The notes below the pieces were generated by a model. It was given only the letters and a program-made list of their open reading frames with translations. It was not told the origin of the DNA and did not search any database. This document shows, piece after piece, positions 51,344-59,612 of a DNA stretch of 64,000 bases (position 1 is its first letter; each line of letters opens with the position of its first letter). Source of the stretch: an uncultured Gammaproteobacteria bacterium (lineage in GTDB: Bacteria > Patescibacteriota > Patescibacteriia > 2-12-FULL-60-25); contig CAYQAL010000001.1 in assembly GCA_964415465.1 (NCBI GenBank), positions 66,749 through 130,748 of the forward strand, given 5' to 3'. Made by a program: the position numbers and the translations under genes.

Positions 51344-52663
51344 ATGTCTCAGTCGATTCGCGATTTCGGATCTTTGGTGGGTCAGACGGTTGAAGTACAG
51401 GGGTGGGCCTATAACGTCCGTTCCAGCGGCTCGATCGCTTTTTTGCAATTGCGTGATGGGTCGGGCTTTACGCAGGCGGTTGTGGCCAAACAATCGATCG
51501 ATGAGGCTTCGTGGCAAGCGGCGGTTGATACAACGATCGAATCATCCGTCATTGTAGAAGGGACGGTGACAAAACACCCAAAACAAGAAAACGTCTACGA
51601 ATTGCAAGCAACGAAAGTGACACTTCTTCACAAGTCGGACGAATATCCGATTGGAAAAAAAGAGCACGGACCAGATTTCTTGTTCGACAATCGCGATTTG
51701 TACCTGCGTTCCAAAACCCCGTGGGCCGTGTTACGTATCCGTGATCGTGTGTTCTTTTCGATCGAACAATTCTTCCATGAGGAAGGGTTCATCCGTTTTG
51801 ATACGCCAATCATTCAGCCGACGAGTTGTGAAGATACAACGCAGCTCTTCACCGTGAACTACTACGACACACCCGCCTATCTTTCCCAGTCTGGTCAGCT
51901 CTACAGTGAAGCGGGGATTATGGGCTTCGGAAAGGTCTATGATTTTGGTCCGGTCTTCCGTGCGGAAAAGAGTAAAACGCGTCACCACTTGTCTGAGCTG
52001 TGGATGATGGATGCAGAAATGGCCTTCCATGACCAAGCGATGAACATGGCTGTGCAGGAACGGATGGTGAAACGCATTGTCAAAGACGTTCTTGAGCAGT
52101 GCCAAGAAGAGCTTAAGATTTTAGAACGTGACACGACGATTTTGCAGCGTCTTGTAAATGAACCGTTCGTCCACCTTAAGCACATGGAGGCGAAGCGGAT
52201 CTTGAAAGAAGAGGGTCTGATTACCAAAGAGGTCTACGACGACAGTTACTGGTACGACGACATGTCGACGGAAGAAGAGATCGCGCTTGGGAACAAGTAT
52301 CAGCTCCCGATTTTTATTGAAGATTATCCAGCCGAAGTAAAAGCCTTCTACATGAAGCGCTTTACGGACGAAGGTGGCCGCCTCCGCGCGCGTTGTGCGG
52401 ACTTGATTGCACCAGAAGAAGGCCGCGAAATTATCGGCGGCAGTCAGCGTGAAGAAAGCTACGAGAAGCTGAAGCAAGAAATTCTCGACCATCACTACCC
52501 GCTCGAAAAATACGAATGGTACTTGAACACGCGTAAGTACGGAACGGTTCCTCACGCCGGTTTCGGTATCGGTCTCGAGCGTACCGTCCGCTGGATCTGC
52601 GGCGTTCACCACATTCGCGAAACAATCGCCTTCCCAAGAATGCTGAACCGGATGGAGCCGTAA
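51344..52663 (+). CDS. asnS: asparaginyl-tRNA synthetase
   Basis: Class IIb layout with an OB fold, motif 3 GFGIGLERTV.W.CG..HIRE.I.FPR. Start trimmed out of the tRNA to ATG 51344. A separate aspS is present. Confidence 0.85.
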   Translation: MSQSIRDFGSLVGQTVEVQGWAYNVRSSGSIAFLQLRDGSGFTQAVVAKQSIDEASWQAAVDTTIESSVIVEGTVTKHPKQENVYELQATKVTLLHKSDEYPIGKKEHGPDFLFDNRDLYLRSKTPWAVLRIRDRVFFSIEQFFHEEGFIRFDTPIIQPTSCEDTTQLFTVNYYDTPAYLSQSGQLYSEAGIMGFGKVYDFGPVFRAEKSKTRHHLSELWMMDAEMAFHDQAMNMAVQERMVKRIVKDVLEQCQEELKILERDTTILQRLVNEPFVHLKHMEAKRILKEEGLITKEVYDDSYWYDDMSTEEEIALGNKYQLPIFIEDYPAEVKAFYMKRFTDEGGRLRARCADLIAPEEGREIIGGSQREESYEKLKQEILDHHYPLEKYEWYLNTRKYGTVPHAGFGIGLERTVRWICGVHHIRETIAFPRMLNRMEP

Positions 52664-52674
52664 ACACAAAAAAT

Positions 52675-52800
52675 ATTTCTGGTTGGCGAGAGCGTATTTC
52701 TCGTAGGAGACATTGTGCGAGCGACGGCGAGTACATAAGTGAGACGCGAGCACGCAAGCGAGCGGTCTCCGGAGAGAAATATGTCGAGTCAGCCAGAAAT
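52675..52800. repeat. 126-nt imperfect inverted-repeat element with a purine-rich ~53-nt apical loop
   Basis: Arms ATTTCTGG...GTATTTCTC...GGAGAC pair with GTCTCC...GAGAAATAT...CCAGAAAT in helices of 8, about 8, 10 and 6 bp. Confidence 0.5.
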
Positions 52801-52808
52801 GCTACACT
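52800..52808 (+). promoter_or_regulatory. extended -10 TGCTACACT 9 nt upstream of the ATG at 52818
   Basis: TGn plus TACACT, then agacgccgt, then ATG; no SD. Confidence 0.35.
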
Positions 52809-52817
52809 AGACGCCGT

Positions 52818-53834
52818 ATGCTTCCAAAGGGTCCGATGTCTTGTTTGGCTGTTCTCGCCATTCCGGTGGCGCTGGTTTTACTGGTCGTTGTGTTGGGCGG
52901 TTACTTGTTGAAATTTCTTTCTTCCTCGGATTCACCCTCATCCGCGCCAGCAGCAAATACAACATCGACTCAATCAACTGAGCAGACGCCAGCTCCATCT
53001 CTCGCTTCACGTTTACCATCAGCTGTTCCAGGGACAACCACGTTTCTGGTGGCGACGGTTTCAAGTGATGTAGCAAAAGAAGAGCTCTACTCGGTTGATG
53101 CGGCTGGTCAGGCGACGCGTATAGAGGCGCCTCAAGGGTTTCGACCAGAGCAGTGGAAGACGGCGGGTATTACCCTTATGCCGCCACTTGAATCTGTCAC
53201 GGGCTCACCTTGGCGCGTAACAGGGGAGGGTTGGAATGTTCCCCTCCGCACGCGAAGCGGCTCGGTTTGGCAGGACCCAGTTATTCTTGGGTTGTTTTCA
53301 AGTGGTCGGCTAGCGGTTGTAGCCTACCGTAATCAGCGCGCGCTCTTATCGGTGAGCAAAGCGGGCGATATTCAAGTAGTTGAGGTTCTAGACGATGCAC
53401 TTAGCCCGCTTACGGCAGAGGGGAGCTTCGCTTGGTTTGTGCGCGCGCCTCAGTTAGCAGATGTGTCGTTAGAAGCGTTGCCACAAGGCCCAAGTGAGCT
53501 TGTGCGCATCTCTGAGCGTGGAACAAGTTCTACCGTGGCTCAAGATCCAGGATTGATTTTAGAGCTCGTGCCTGGTCCTACGGGATCTTCGTTGGCCTAT
53601 CTTTCGTCAGATGGATCGCTGGTTCTTTTGAAAGGCGACAAACTCCACACGCCGTTGAAAGGGGTCCGTCCTCAGGTGTGGCTCGACGATCGCTACCTCC
53701 TCGTGTCGGATGGAAAGGGTCTCGGATGGGTGGATAGTGAAGAACCAGAACGAGTTGGATTCATCACAGAATTCAAGCAATTTATTCGCGGAGCTACCGT
53801 ATCCACGGCTTCTTCGCGACCTGTGGTAAACTAG
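52818..53834 (+). CDS. membrane-anchored hypothetical protein
   Basis: 338-aa ORF with an N-terminal TM helix, an S/T/P linker and a beta-rich remainder. Confidence 0.55.
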   Translation: MLPKGPMSCLAVLAIPVALVLLVVVLGGYLLKFLSSSDSPSSAPAANTTSTQSTEQTPAPSLASRLPSAVPGTTTFLVATVSSDVAKEELYSVDAAGQATRIEAPQGFRPEQWKTAGITLMPPLESVTGSPWRVTGEGWNVPLRTRSGSVWQDPVILGLFSSGRLAVVAYRNQRALLSVSKAGDIQVVEVLDDALSPLTAEGSFAWFVRAPQLADVSLEALPQGPSELVRISERGTSSTVAQDPGLILELVPGPTGSSLAYLSSDGSLVLLKGDKLHTPLKGVRPQVWLDDRYLLVSDGKGLGWVDSEEPERVGFITEFKQFIRGATVSTASSRPVVN

Positions 53835-53840
53835 CACTAT

Positions 53841-54098
53841 ATGCCTCCTGCTTCTTCGTCCCTTCGTACTGGCTGGATTACGGTTTGGATCGCTCTTGGC
53901 GTGATCGCGCTCATGTTGTTTGTTGCGTTGCCAATCGCTGTTACGCGTCGTGCTAGCGCTGAATTTGCTCGCTACCAAGCGTGTCTGGAGCCAACCCGAA
54001 ACCAGGATTGTCGCCCCTCGATTGTGTGGTACATGAATGGCTGGAGCTTGGAAGCCACGAGCTCGACCCAGTCCATCCCGCTTACACCCACCAACTAA
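53841..54098 (+). CDS. small membrane protein
   Basis: 85-aa ORF with one TM helix, 6 nt after the upstream stop. Confidence 0.45.
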   Translation: MPPASSSLRTGWITVWIALGVIALMLFVALPIAVTRRASAEFARYQACLEPTRNQDCRPSIVWYMNGWSLEATSSTQSIPLTPTN

Positions 54099-54150
54099 GC
54101 CTTATCATTGCTCTGCCTACGCCCGTATGGTGAGATACGGGAACACTCTT

Positions 54151-54156
54151 TAGTCT
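54151..54156 (+). promoter_or_regulatory. -10-like TAGTCT 8 nt upstream of the aspS ATG
   Basis: TAGTCT-tcattttt-ATG; no SD. Confidence 0.3.
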
Positions 54157-54164
54157 TCATTTTT

Positions 54165-55565
54165 ATGCCACGAACGATGATTCGCGAGACGGTGAACCAG
54201 ATTGGGGAAACCGTGACCTTGAAAGGTTGGATCCATTCACGCCGAGACATGGGAAAGTTGGCGTTTTTGGATCTTCGCGATCGTTCAGGAATCGCGCAGG
54301 TTGTATTGGTGCCAGCCGAGCTCACCGAAACGAGCCGAGAGGCGATGAAAGAGCTCCGTTCGGAATATTGCATTTCTGTTACCGGGATCGTGCAGAAACG
54401 CGGCGAAAAACAAATCAATCCAGACCTTCCAACGGGAACCGTTGAGATTTTGGCGAAGGAGCTTGAGGTGCTGAATCCTTCCAAAACTCTTCCCTTTGAA
54501 ATTGAAAACACAGCTGGTATTAATGAAGAGTTGCGCTTGAAACACCGTTACCTTGATTTACGCAGTCAGCGCATGCGAAAAAACCTCGAGCTACGCGATA
54601 AACTCATCACGTTTTTCCGGGACTTCTTGCATGGAGAAGGATTTATCGAAATTGAGACACCTATTCTCACAAAGGGTACTCCAGAAGGATCGCGTGAATA
54701 CCTTGTTCCTTCTCGTTTGCATGATGGACAGTTCTACGTACTTCCTCAGTCGCCTCAGCAGTTCAAGCAGTTGTGTATGGTCGGAGGATTGGAGCGATAC
54801 TTCCAGATCGCTCGCTGTTTCCGCGACGAAGACCAGCGTGGCGATCGTCAACCAGAATTTACTCAGCTCGATTTGGAAATGTCATTCGTGACTCAGGAGG
54901 ATGTGCTTCAGTTGAACGAGCGCATGATGATTGAAATGGTGAAGCAAGTTGCTCCAGAAAAGCACATTGCGCAGATTCCATTCCCACGAATTAGCTATCG
55001 CGAATCGATGGAGACATATGGAAACGACAAACCAGACCTACGTGTAAACAAGAATGATCCGAACGAATTGGCGTTTTGCTGGGTCGTGGATTTCCCGATG
55101 TTCGAAGACGATGGAGAAGGTGGCGTACAGGCCGCTCACCATCCGTTCTGCATGCCTCACCCGGATGATCTTGAATTGCTTGAGACGGAACCGATGAAGG
55201 TTCGGGCTTCTTCGTATGACTTGGTATTGAACGGATATGAGCTTTCGTCTGGCTCGATTCGTATCCATAAGCGTGAATTGCAAAATCGTATTTTCCAGTT
55301 ATTGGGTTTACCTGACGATTTGATCCAAGCACGATTTGGTCACATGTTAGAAGCCTTTGAATTTGGCGCTCCACCTCATGGCGGAATGGCACCTGGAATC
55401 GATCGTATCGTGATGATCCTGGCGAATGAACCAAACATCCGTGAAGTCATTCCGTTTCCAAAGACAGGAGACGCACGCGATCCGCTTATGGGCGCGCCTT
55501 CACCAATTGAAGAAAAGCGCCTCGTTGAAGCGCATATCGCTCTTCGTCCAACGGACAAGAAATAA
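54165..55565 (+). CDS. aspS: aspartyl-tRNA synthetase, bacterial type but lacking the GAD insertion domain
   Basis: OB fold, QLDLEMSF, DKPDLR followed after only ~8 aa by WVVDFPMFEDDGEGG, and motif 3 GGMAPGIDRIVM. 466 aa from ATG 54165. Confidence 0.9.
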   Translation: MPRTMIRETVNQIGETVTLKGWIHSRRDMGKLAFLDLRDRSGIAQVVLVPAELTETSREAMKELRSEYCISVTGIVQKRGEKQINPDLPTGTVEILAKELEVLNPSKTLPFEIENTAGINEELRLKHRYLDLRSQRMRKNLELRDKLITFFRDFLHGEGFIEIETPILTKGTPEGSREYLVPSRLHDGQFYVLPQSPQQFKQLCMVGGLERYFQIARCFRDEDQRGDRQPEFTQLDLEMSFVTQEDVLQLNERMMIEMVKQVAPEKHIAQIPFPRISYRESMETYGNDKPDLRVNKNDPNELAFCWVVDFPMFEDDGEGGVQAAHHPFCMPHPDDLELLETEPMKVRASSYDLVLNGYELSSGSIRIHKRELQNRIFQLLGLPDDLIQARFGHMLEAFEFGAPPHGGMAPGIDRIVMILANEPNIREVIPFPKTGDARDPLMGAPSPIEEKRLVEAHIALRPTDKK

Positions 55566-55583
55566 GAGTCGCTGTTCTTTCTC

Positions 55584-56294
55584 ATGTCCTTTGCCGTACG
55601 ACTCGCCGCATTCGAAGGTCCTTTGGACCTTCTTTTGCAGCTCGTTGAATCGGCCAAGCTTGAGATCACGGATGTTTCGTTGATTGAGGTGACGGAACCG
55701 TTTCTCGCACACCTCGAGGAGCATCGGGCGAGCATTCCCACCGAAGAGCTCGCCGACTTCTTGGTGATTGCCTCAAAGTTGGTCTACTTGAAGTCGAAGG
55801 CCTTGCTCCCAACGCTCGTTGATCCCGCGCTCGAAGAAGGGCCAGACTTGGCTTCACAGCTTCGCGCCTATCAGGCGTTTGCGAATGCGGCCAAGCAATT
55901 CGCGGAACGTCTACGCACAGGTGTCGGTGCCTACAGCCGTGCGAAAGCCATGACACCTCCCTTGGATCTCCAAACATCACTCCCAGCTTCGTGTACGGTT
56001 GAGGCGCTGCAAACGGTGTATCTGGGTATCATCAAACGGCTTCAGCCCGTCCTTCGCTTGCCAAAAGTAGCGATCGAGCGCGTCGTAACGATTGAAGAGA
56101 AGATGTCGTCGCTCGTCACGCGCGTCCGAAGCGCGATGCGTGTGTCCTTCCATCGTTTTCTGGCTGAATCAGAAACGCGCATGGAGGCGGTCGTGTCGTT
56201 CTTGGCCTTACTTGAGCTTCTCCATCGTCACGAAATTAAGATTGAGCAACCTGACTTGTTTGCCGATATTCATGTGTCTTCGCATTCCGTATGA
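55584..56294 (+). CDS. scpA: segregation and condensation protein A
   Basis: FEGPLDLLLQLV N-terminal motif; overlaps scpB by 4 nt. Confidence 0.85.
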   Translation: MSFAVRLAAFEGPLDLLLQLVESAKLEITDVSLIEVTEPFLAHLEEHRASIPTEELADFLVIASKLVYLKSKALLPTLVDPALEEGPDLASQLRAYQAFANAAKQFAERLRTGVGAYSRAKAMTPPLDLQTSLPASCTVEALQTVYLGIIKRLQPVLRLPKVAIERVVTIEEKMSSLVTRVRSAMRVSFHRFLAESETRMEAVVSFLALLELLHRHEIKIEQPDLFADIHVSSHSV

Positions 56295-56848
56295 ACTCCC
56301 TTGATCGACGCATCGAAGCGATTCTCTTCGCCATCGCCCGACCAATTCAACAAAAAGAACTGGCTACGATGTTGTCTGCATCTCCAGACGAGATTCGTGT
56401 CGCCAGCACTGAATTGAAGGAGCGTCTTGAGGTATCAGCGAGTGGCCTTCAGCTCGTGATGCAGGGGAATGAACTCGAACTCGTGACCCATGGTGACATG
56501 GGAGAGGATGTACGCTTGGCGTTGAAGCAGGAAGCGTCGTCTGAATTGTCCAAAGCGGCGCTCGAGACGCTCGCGATCTTGGCTTACCGTGGTCCGCTCA
56601 CTCGTCCAGAGATCGAACAGGTTCGTGGGGTTCAATCTGCGCTTATGTTGCGCAACCTGATGCTTCGTGGACTGGTTGAACAGCACGACGAAGAACGCCT
56701 CGGCCAGCCAACCTATCGTGTGACGCTGAACTTCTTCAAGCAGCTCGGTCTGACCTCGGCTGACAGTCTTCCAGACTACGAAACCCTTCGCCATTCGCCG
56801 ACCGTCGTCCAGATCCTCGACGAATTAACGGCTCCAAAGGTATCATAG
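56291..56848 (+). CDS. scpB: segregation and condensation protein B
   Basis: IEAILFA N-terminus and tandem winged-helix pattern. Confidence 0.85.
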   Translation: MNSLDRRIEAILFAIARPIQQKELATMLSASPDEIRVASTELKERLEVSASGLQLVMQGNELELVTHGDMGEDVRLALKQEASSELSKAALETLAILAYRGPLTRPEIEQVRGVQSALMLRNLMLRGLVEQHDEERLGQPTYRVTLNFFKQLGLTSADSLPDYETLRHSPTVVQILDELTAPKVS

Positions 56849-56853
56849 ACCCC

Positions 56854-57795
56854 ATGTTTGCCGAGTCCTTTGTGACGTTGGGCGCACTGCTCGCCCTTCA
56901 AGCCCCGCTTGCCCGGGATTTGCCAACCGCCATCGCGGCTGTTGATGCGCTCCCTGCGGCTCGCTACGTTGCCCCAGCCGCTCCCGTTCCAAAGAAAACC
57001 GAGGTTGAGCGCTTGGGGATCGACGTTTCGGCGGAGTCAGCGTGTGTGATCGACGTGGCGACGGGCCGCATCCTCTTCGAAAAGGACGCCAACAAACCAC
57101 ACCCAATCGCAAGCCTCACGAAGCTCATGACGGCGATGACCCTGCTCGACGATCGTCCGGACATGAAAGAGATGCTCACGGTTCTCCCAGGAGATGACCC
57201 GCGCGAAGGAAAAACGGTCTTACCAATCGGAGGAAGGTTCACTCGTGAAGAATTGTTCGATTCGCTTTTGATTGGATCCGTGAATATCGCTGGCAACACC
57301 TTAGCGCGTTCCTCGGAAGGGGGAATGGAAGGGTTCGTGAAGCGCATGAATGAAAAGGCGAAAGAGCTCCATCTCTTGCAGGCAACATTTGTTGAACCAA
57401 CCGGTCTTGAGCCAGCGAACCAAGCTTCCGCGCGTGATGTGGCCACGATTCTGCGTATGGCTTTGTCCTATCCAGAAATTCGCGAAACAACAGAGCGCTC
57501 AGCGTTAACCCTGCCGAACCGTGCCACGGGCAAGCCTATCGAGATCAGTTCAACGAACTTATTGCTTGGATCATTCCTCAATAAGAACCCGTATCGGATC
57601 GTGGCTGCAAAAACCGGCTCATTGCCAGAGGCGGGGTTCTGTCTCGCTCAGGCCACACGTAAGGAAGGGGCGGGTGAGGTGATCTCGGTTGTGTTAGGTA
57701 GTAATAATTATTTCGCCCGTTTCCAGGATGCGAAAGCCCTGACCTTTTGGGCCTTCGACGCCTATCGCTGGCCCACCAATCCAAGAGCCCAGTAA
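56854..57795 (+). CDS. D-alanyl-D-alanine carboxypeptidase (S11, PBP5-like)
   Basis: SxxK ASLTK, SxN GSVN, KTG KTGS. Confidence 0.85.
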   Translation: MFAESFVTLGALLALQAPLARDLPTAIAAVDALPAARYVAPAAPVPKKTEVERLGIDVSAESACVIDVATGRILFEKDANKPHPIASLTKLMTAMTLLDDRPDMKEMLTVLPGDDPREGKTVLPIGGRFTREELFDSLLIGSVNIAGNTLARSSEGGMEGFVKRMNEKAKELHLLQATFVEPTGLEPANQASARDVATILRMALSYPEIRETTERSALTLPNRATGKPIEISSTNLLLGSFLNKNPYRIVAAKTGSLPEAGFCLAQATRKEGAGEVISVVLGSNNYFARFQDAKALTFWAFDAYRWPTNPRAQ

Positions 57796-57819
57796 TATCA
57801 GGCTAAGGTAACCTGCTTC

Positions 57820-57848
57820 TTGCCAGGATCCCAGCTGATTGTTAGACT
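57820..57848 (+). promoter_or_regulatory. candidate promoter TTGCCA-17-TAGACT, ~120 nt upstream of tRNA-CAT
   Basis: Hexamers at 57820-57825 and 57843-57848. Confidence 0.35.
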
Positions 57849-57977
57849 CGAGTCCGTTCGAAAAGAACCGTTTGCGTGTAGTGTCTGTTCGTTATTGCGA
57901 AGCAAAGCGCAGGCGTGACGCAGACCCAAGTGAGCGCCGTAGGCGTGAACGGGTGGTCAGCGTCACTAGCCGAGCAA

Positions 57978-58054
57978 GGCGGGGTAGCTCAGTTGGTTAG
58001 AGCGAAGGACTCATAAGCCTTAGGTCGGCGGTTCGATTCCGCCCCCCGCTACCA
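57978..58054 (+). tRNA. tRNA with anticodon CAT (elongator Met or lysidine-modified Ile2; not distinguishable by eye)
   Basis: Acceptor GGCGGGG/CCCCGCT (G1:U72), anticodon arm AAGGA-CTCATAA-GCCTT with an A31/G39 mismatch, T-loop TTCGATT, A73, encoded CCA. Confidence 0.85.
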
Positions 58055-58060
58055 ACAAAC

Positions 58061-58090
58061 CCATCCGAGAAATCGGGTGGTTTTGTTTTT
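58061..58090 (+). terminator. intrinsic terminator after tRNA-CAT
   Basis: CCATCCGA-GAAA-TCGGGTGG followed by TTTTGTTTTT. Confidence 0.65.
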
Positions 58091-58128
58091 AGGCGAATTC
58101 TGCTACTCTCTTGGCATTCAATGAGCGT

Positions 58129-58605
58129 ATGTTCATCACGACCCATGCTCTGATCGGTGCGTTAGTGGCAAACGCGTTTCCTCATCATCCGGTGCTGTCC
58201 TTTGGCTTGGGTATGGCGTCACACTTTTTGACGGATATCATCCCACACGGAGATTCAAAGCTGTATAAAGACTACATCAGTGGTTCCAAGAAAAAAGTTC
58301 GTAAAGCCTTTGCGTATGTTCTGTTGGATGGAGTGGCCGCTATTTATACGGTTTTGTTTCTCTTAAACGTTGGTTCGGCGCCAGATCGCCTCACATTATC
58401 GCTCGGTATTGCTGGTGGTGTCTTGCCTGATTTGTTGGTTGGATTGTACGAAGTAACGCGAATCCCAGGGTTGCGTTGGTTTCATCGCCTTCATTTCTTC
58501 TTCCATAACTTGATTACGTCTCGCAAAGGGGATGTGGCGTTTCACTCGGGGTTGGCGATTCAATTTGGATTACTGGCACTCGTCTGTGTAAAGCTGTTTG
58601 ATTAA
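58129..58605 (+). CDS. membrane-bound metal-dependent hydrolase-like protein (YdjM/DUF457-like)
   Basis: THALIGA and HFLTDIIPHGD motifs, 4 TM helices. Start trimmed to ATG 58129. Confidence 0.5.
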   Translation: MFITTHALIGALVANAFPHHPVLSFGLGMASHFLTDIIPHGDSKLYKDYISGSKKKVRKAFAYVLLDGVAAIYTVLFLLNVGSAPDRLTLSLGIAGGVLPDLLVGLYEVTRIPGLRWFHRLHFFFHNLITSRKGDVAFHSGLAIQFGLLALVCVKLFD

Positions 58606-58614
58606 TTGTCTTGA

Positions 58615-58652
58615 TTGACAGAAGCGGGTGATGTTCGCTAGGATACGGCCAC
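58615..58652 (+). promoter_or_regulatory. initiator-tRNA promoter: TTGACA-18-TAGGAT followed by ACGGCCAC
   Basis: Same TAGGATACGGCCAC module as at 51137-51150. Confidence 0.5.
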
Positions 58653-58662
58653 GACAATTTGT

Positions 58663-58739
58663 AGCGGGGTAGAGCAGCCAGGTAGCTCGTCGGGCCCATA
58701 ACCCGAAGGCCGCCGGTTCAAATCCGGCCCCCGCAACCA
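58663..58739 (+). tRNA. initiator tRNA-fMet (anticodon CAT)
   Basis: Close to the E. coli tRNA-fMet as recalled: three G-C pairs closing the anticodon stem, 1:72 mismatch (A1/A72), encoded CCA. The anticodon loop reads CCCATAA, i.e. C at position 33. Confidence 0.9.
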
Positions 58740-58743
58740 AGTG

Positions 58744-58778
58744 AAACACATCGTGAAAGCGGTGTGTTTTTCTTTTTG
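58744..58778 (+). terminator. intrinsic terminator after the initiator tRNA
   Basis: AAACACATCG-loop-CGGTGTGTTT followed by a T-run. Confidence 0.65.
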
Positions 58779-58917
58779 TTCTCTCAGATATTCGATAAGT
58801 TTTGTATTCTAATATTTACTTTTTCCTCGGGCTGGCTTATGCTATTCGCTATTCCTTGGGTCTCAAGGGACAAAACTCGAGAAGGTCGGAAGCAGCCTCA
58901 AGAGGAGGGATTGGGAC

Positions 58918-59544
58918 ATGGCGAAGACGGCGGCCAGTGTGCGTTCAGCTCCACAGTCTCAGATCATGGTCGCAGCCTCGGCTGACGAGACGGCGGAGGA
59001 CATCATCCTCCACGCGCTCAAGCCCTGGACGCGGGGTGTTCGTCGGCGGACCTTGAAATGGTCCGCGAGGAAGGAGGATGAGAAGAAGCGCCAAGCCGCT
59101 GAGTCCGAGCTCCCGCCCCAGCGCCTGCAGATCCTGCGAGCGCTCGCCACGCTGGTGGCAGTCTCGTCGGACGACGTCGAGCACGGCTACACGGCCACCC
59201 AGATCCTGGCGTTCGGCCTGGCGCTCTACCCCGACTCCCTCCTGTTCCAGGAGGCAGATGGGTCGATCGTCATCCCGACGACCAAACTCCTCACCGCCAA
59301 GCTCTCCGGGCAGGGAGAGGGCACGCTGCAGTACAGCGGCTACATCCGCTGCCTGCACGAGTCGACCGGCGTCAAGAACACGATCGGCGACGGGGAGCGA
59401 ACGCGACTGCGCGTTCACCTCACTACGAAGGGTGCACAGTCGGCCCTCGACGACGGTTGGCTCCCACCGCTCGCCGGCTACATGCAGACGCTCCTGCGGC
59501 GCGCCCAGCGTCGCATGAGCCTCGGTGTCCTCACCATGGTCTGA
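58918..59544 (+). CDS. 208-aa putative winged-helix DNA-binding protein with high-GC codon usage
   Basis: GAGGAGGG SD upstream of the ATG; very high GC3. wHTH-like segments LQILRALATL...GYTATQILAFGL...RVHLTTKGAQSAL. Antisense shadow ORFs rejected. Confidence 0.65.
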   Translation: MAKTAASVRSAPQSQIMVAASADETAEDIILHALKPWTRGVRRRTLKWSARKEDEKKRQAAESELPPQRLQILRALATLVAVSSDDVEHGYTATQILAFGLALYPDSLLFQEADGSIVIPTTKLLTAKLSGQGEGTLQYSGYIRCLHESTGVKNTIGDGERTRLRVHLTTKGAQSALDDGWLPPLAGYMQTLLRRAQRRMSLGVLTMV

Positions 59545-59574
59545 GGATCGCTGACTCCCTGCTTCCGACCATCT

Positions 59575-59612
59575 CTACTGCCCGCATTCGGTGCTCCGCG
59601 TGCGGGCAGTAG
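59575..59612 (+). terminator. GC-rich hairpin after the island-5 gene
   Basis: CTACTGCCCGCA-14 nt-TGCGGGCAGTAG: 12-bp perfect stem. Confidence 0.55.

Noticed and set aside
52675-52800. The 126-nt inverted repeat as a MITE.
   Set aside because: No target-site duplication is visible, no second full copy occurs in the window and there is no transposase. It is kept only as a structured-element observation.
58945-59518. Antisense and alternative-frame ORFs inside island 5 (58945..59418 minus, 59078..59518 plus).
   Set aside because: The 58918..59544 frame has the SD, by far the highest GC3 and a protein-like composition. The others are shadow frames.
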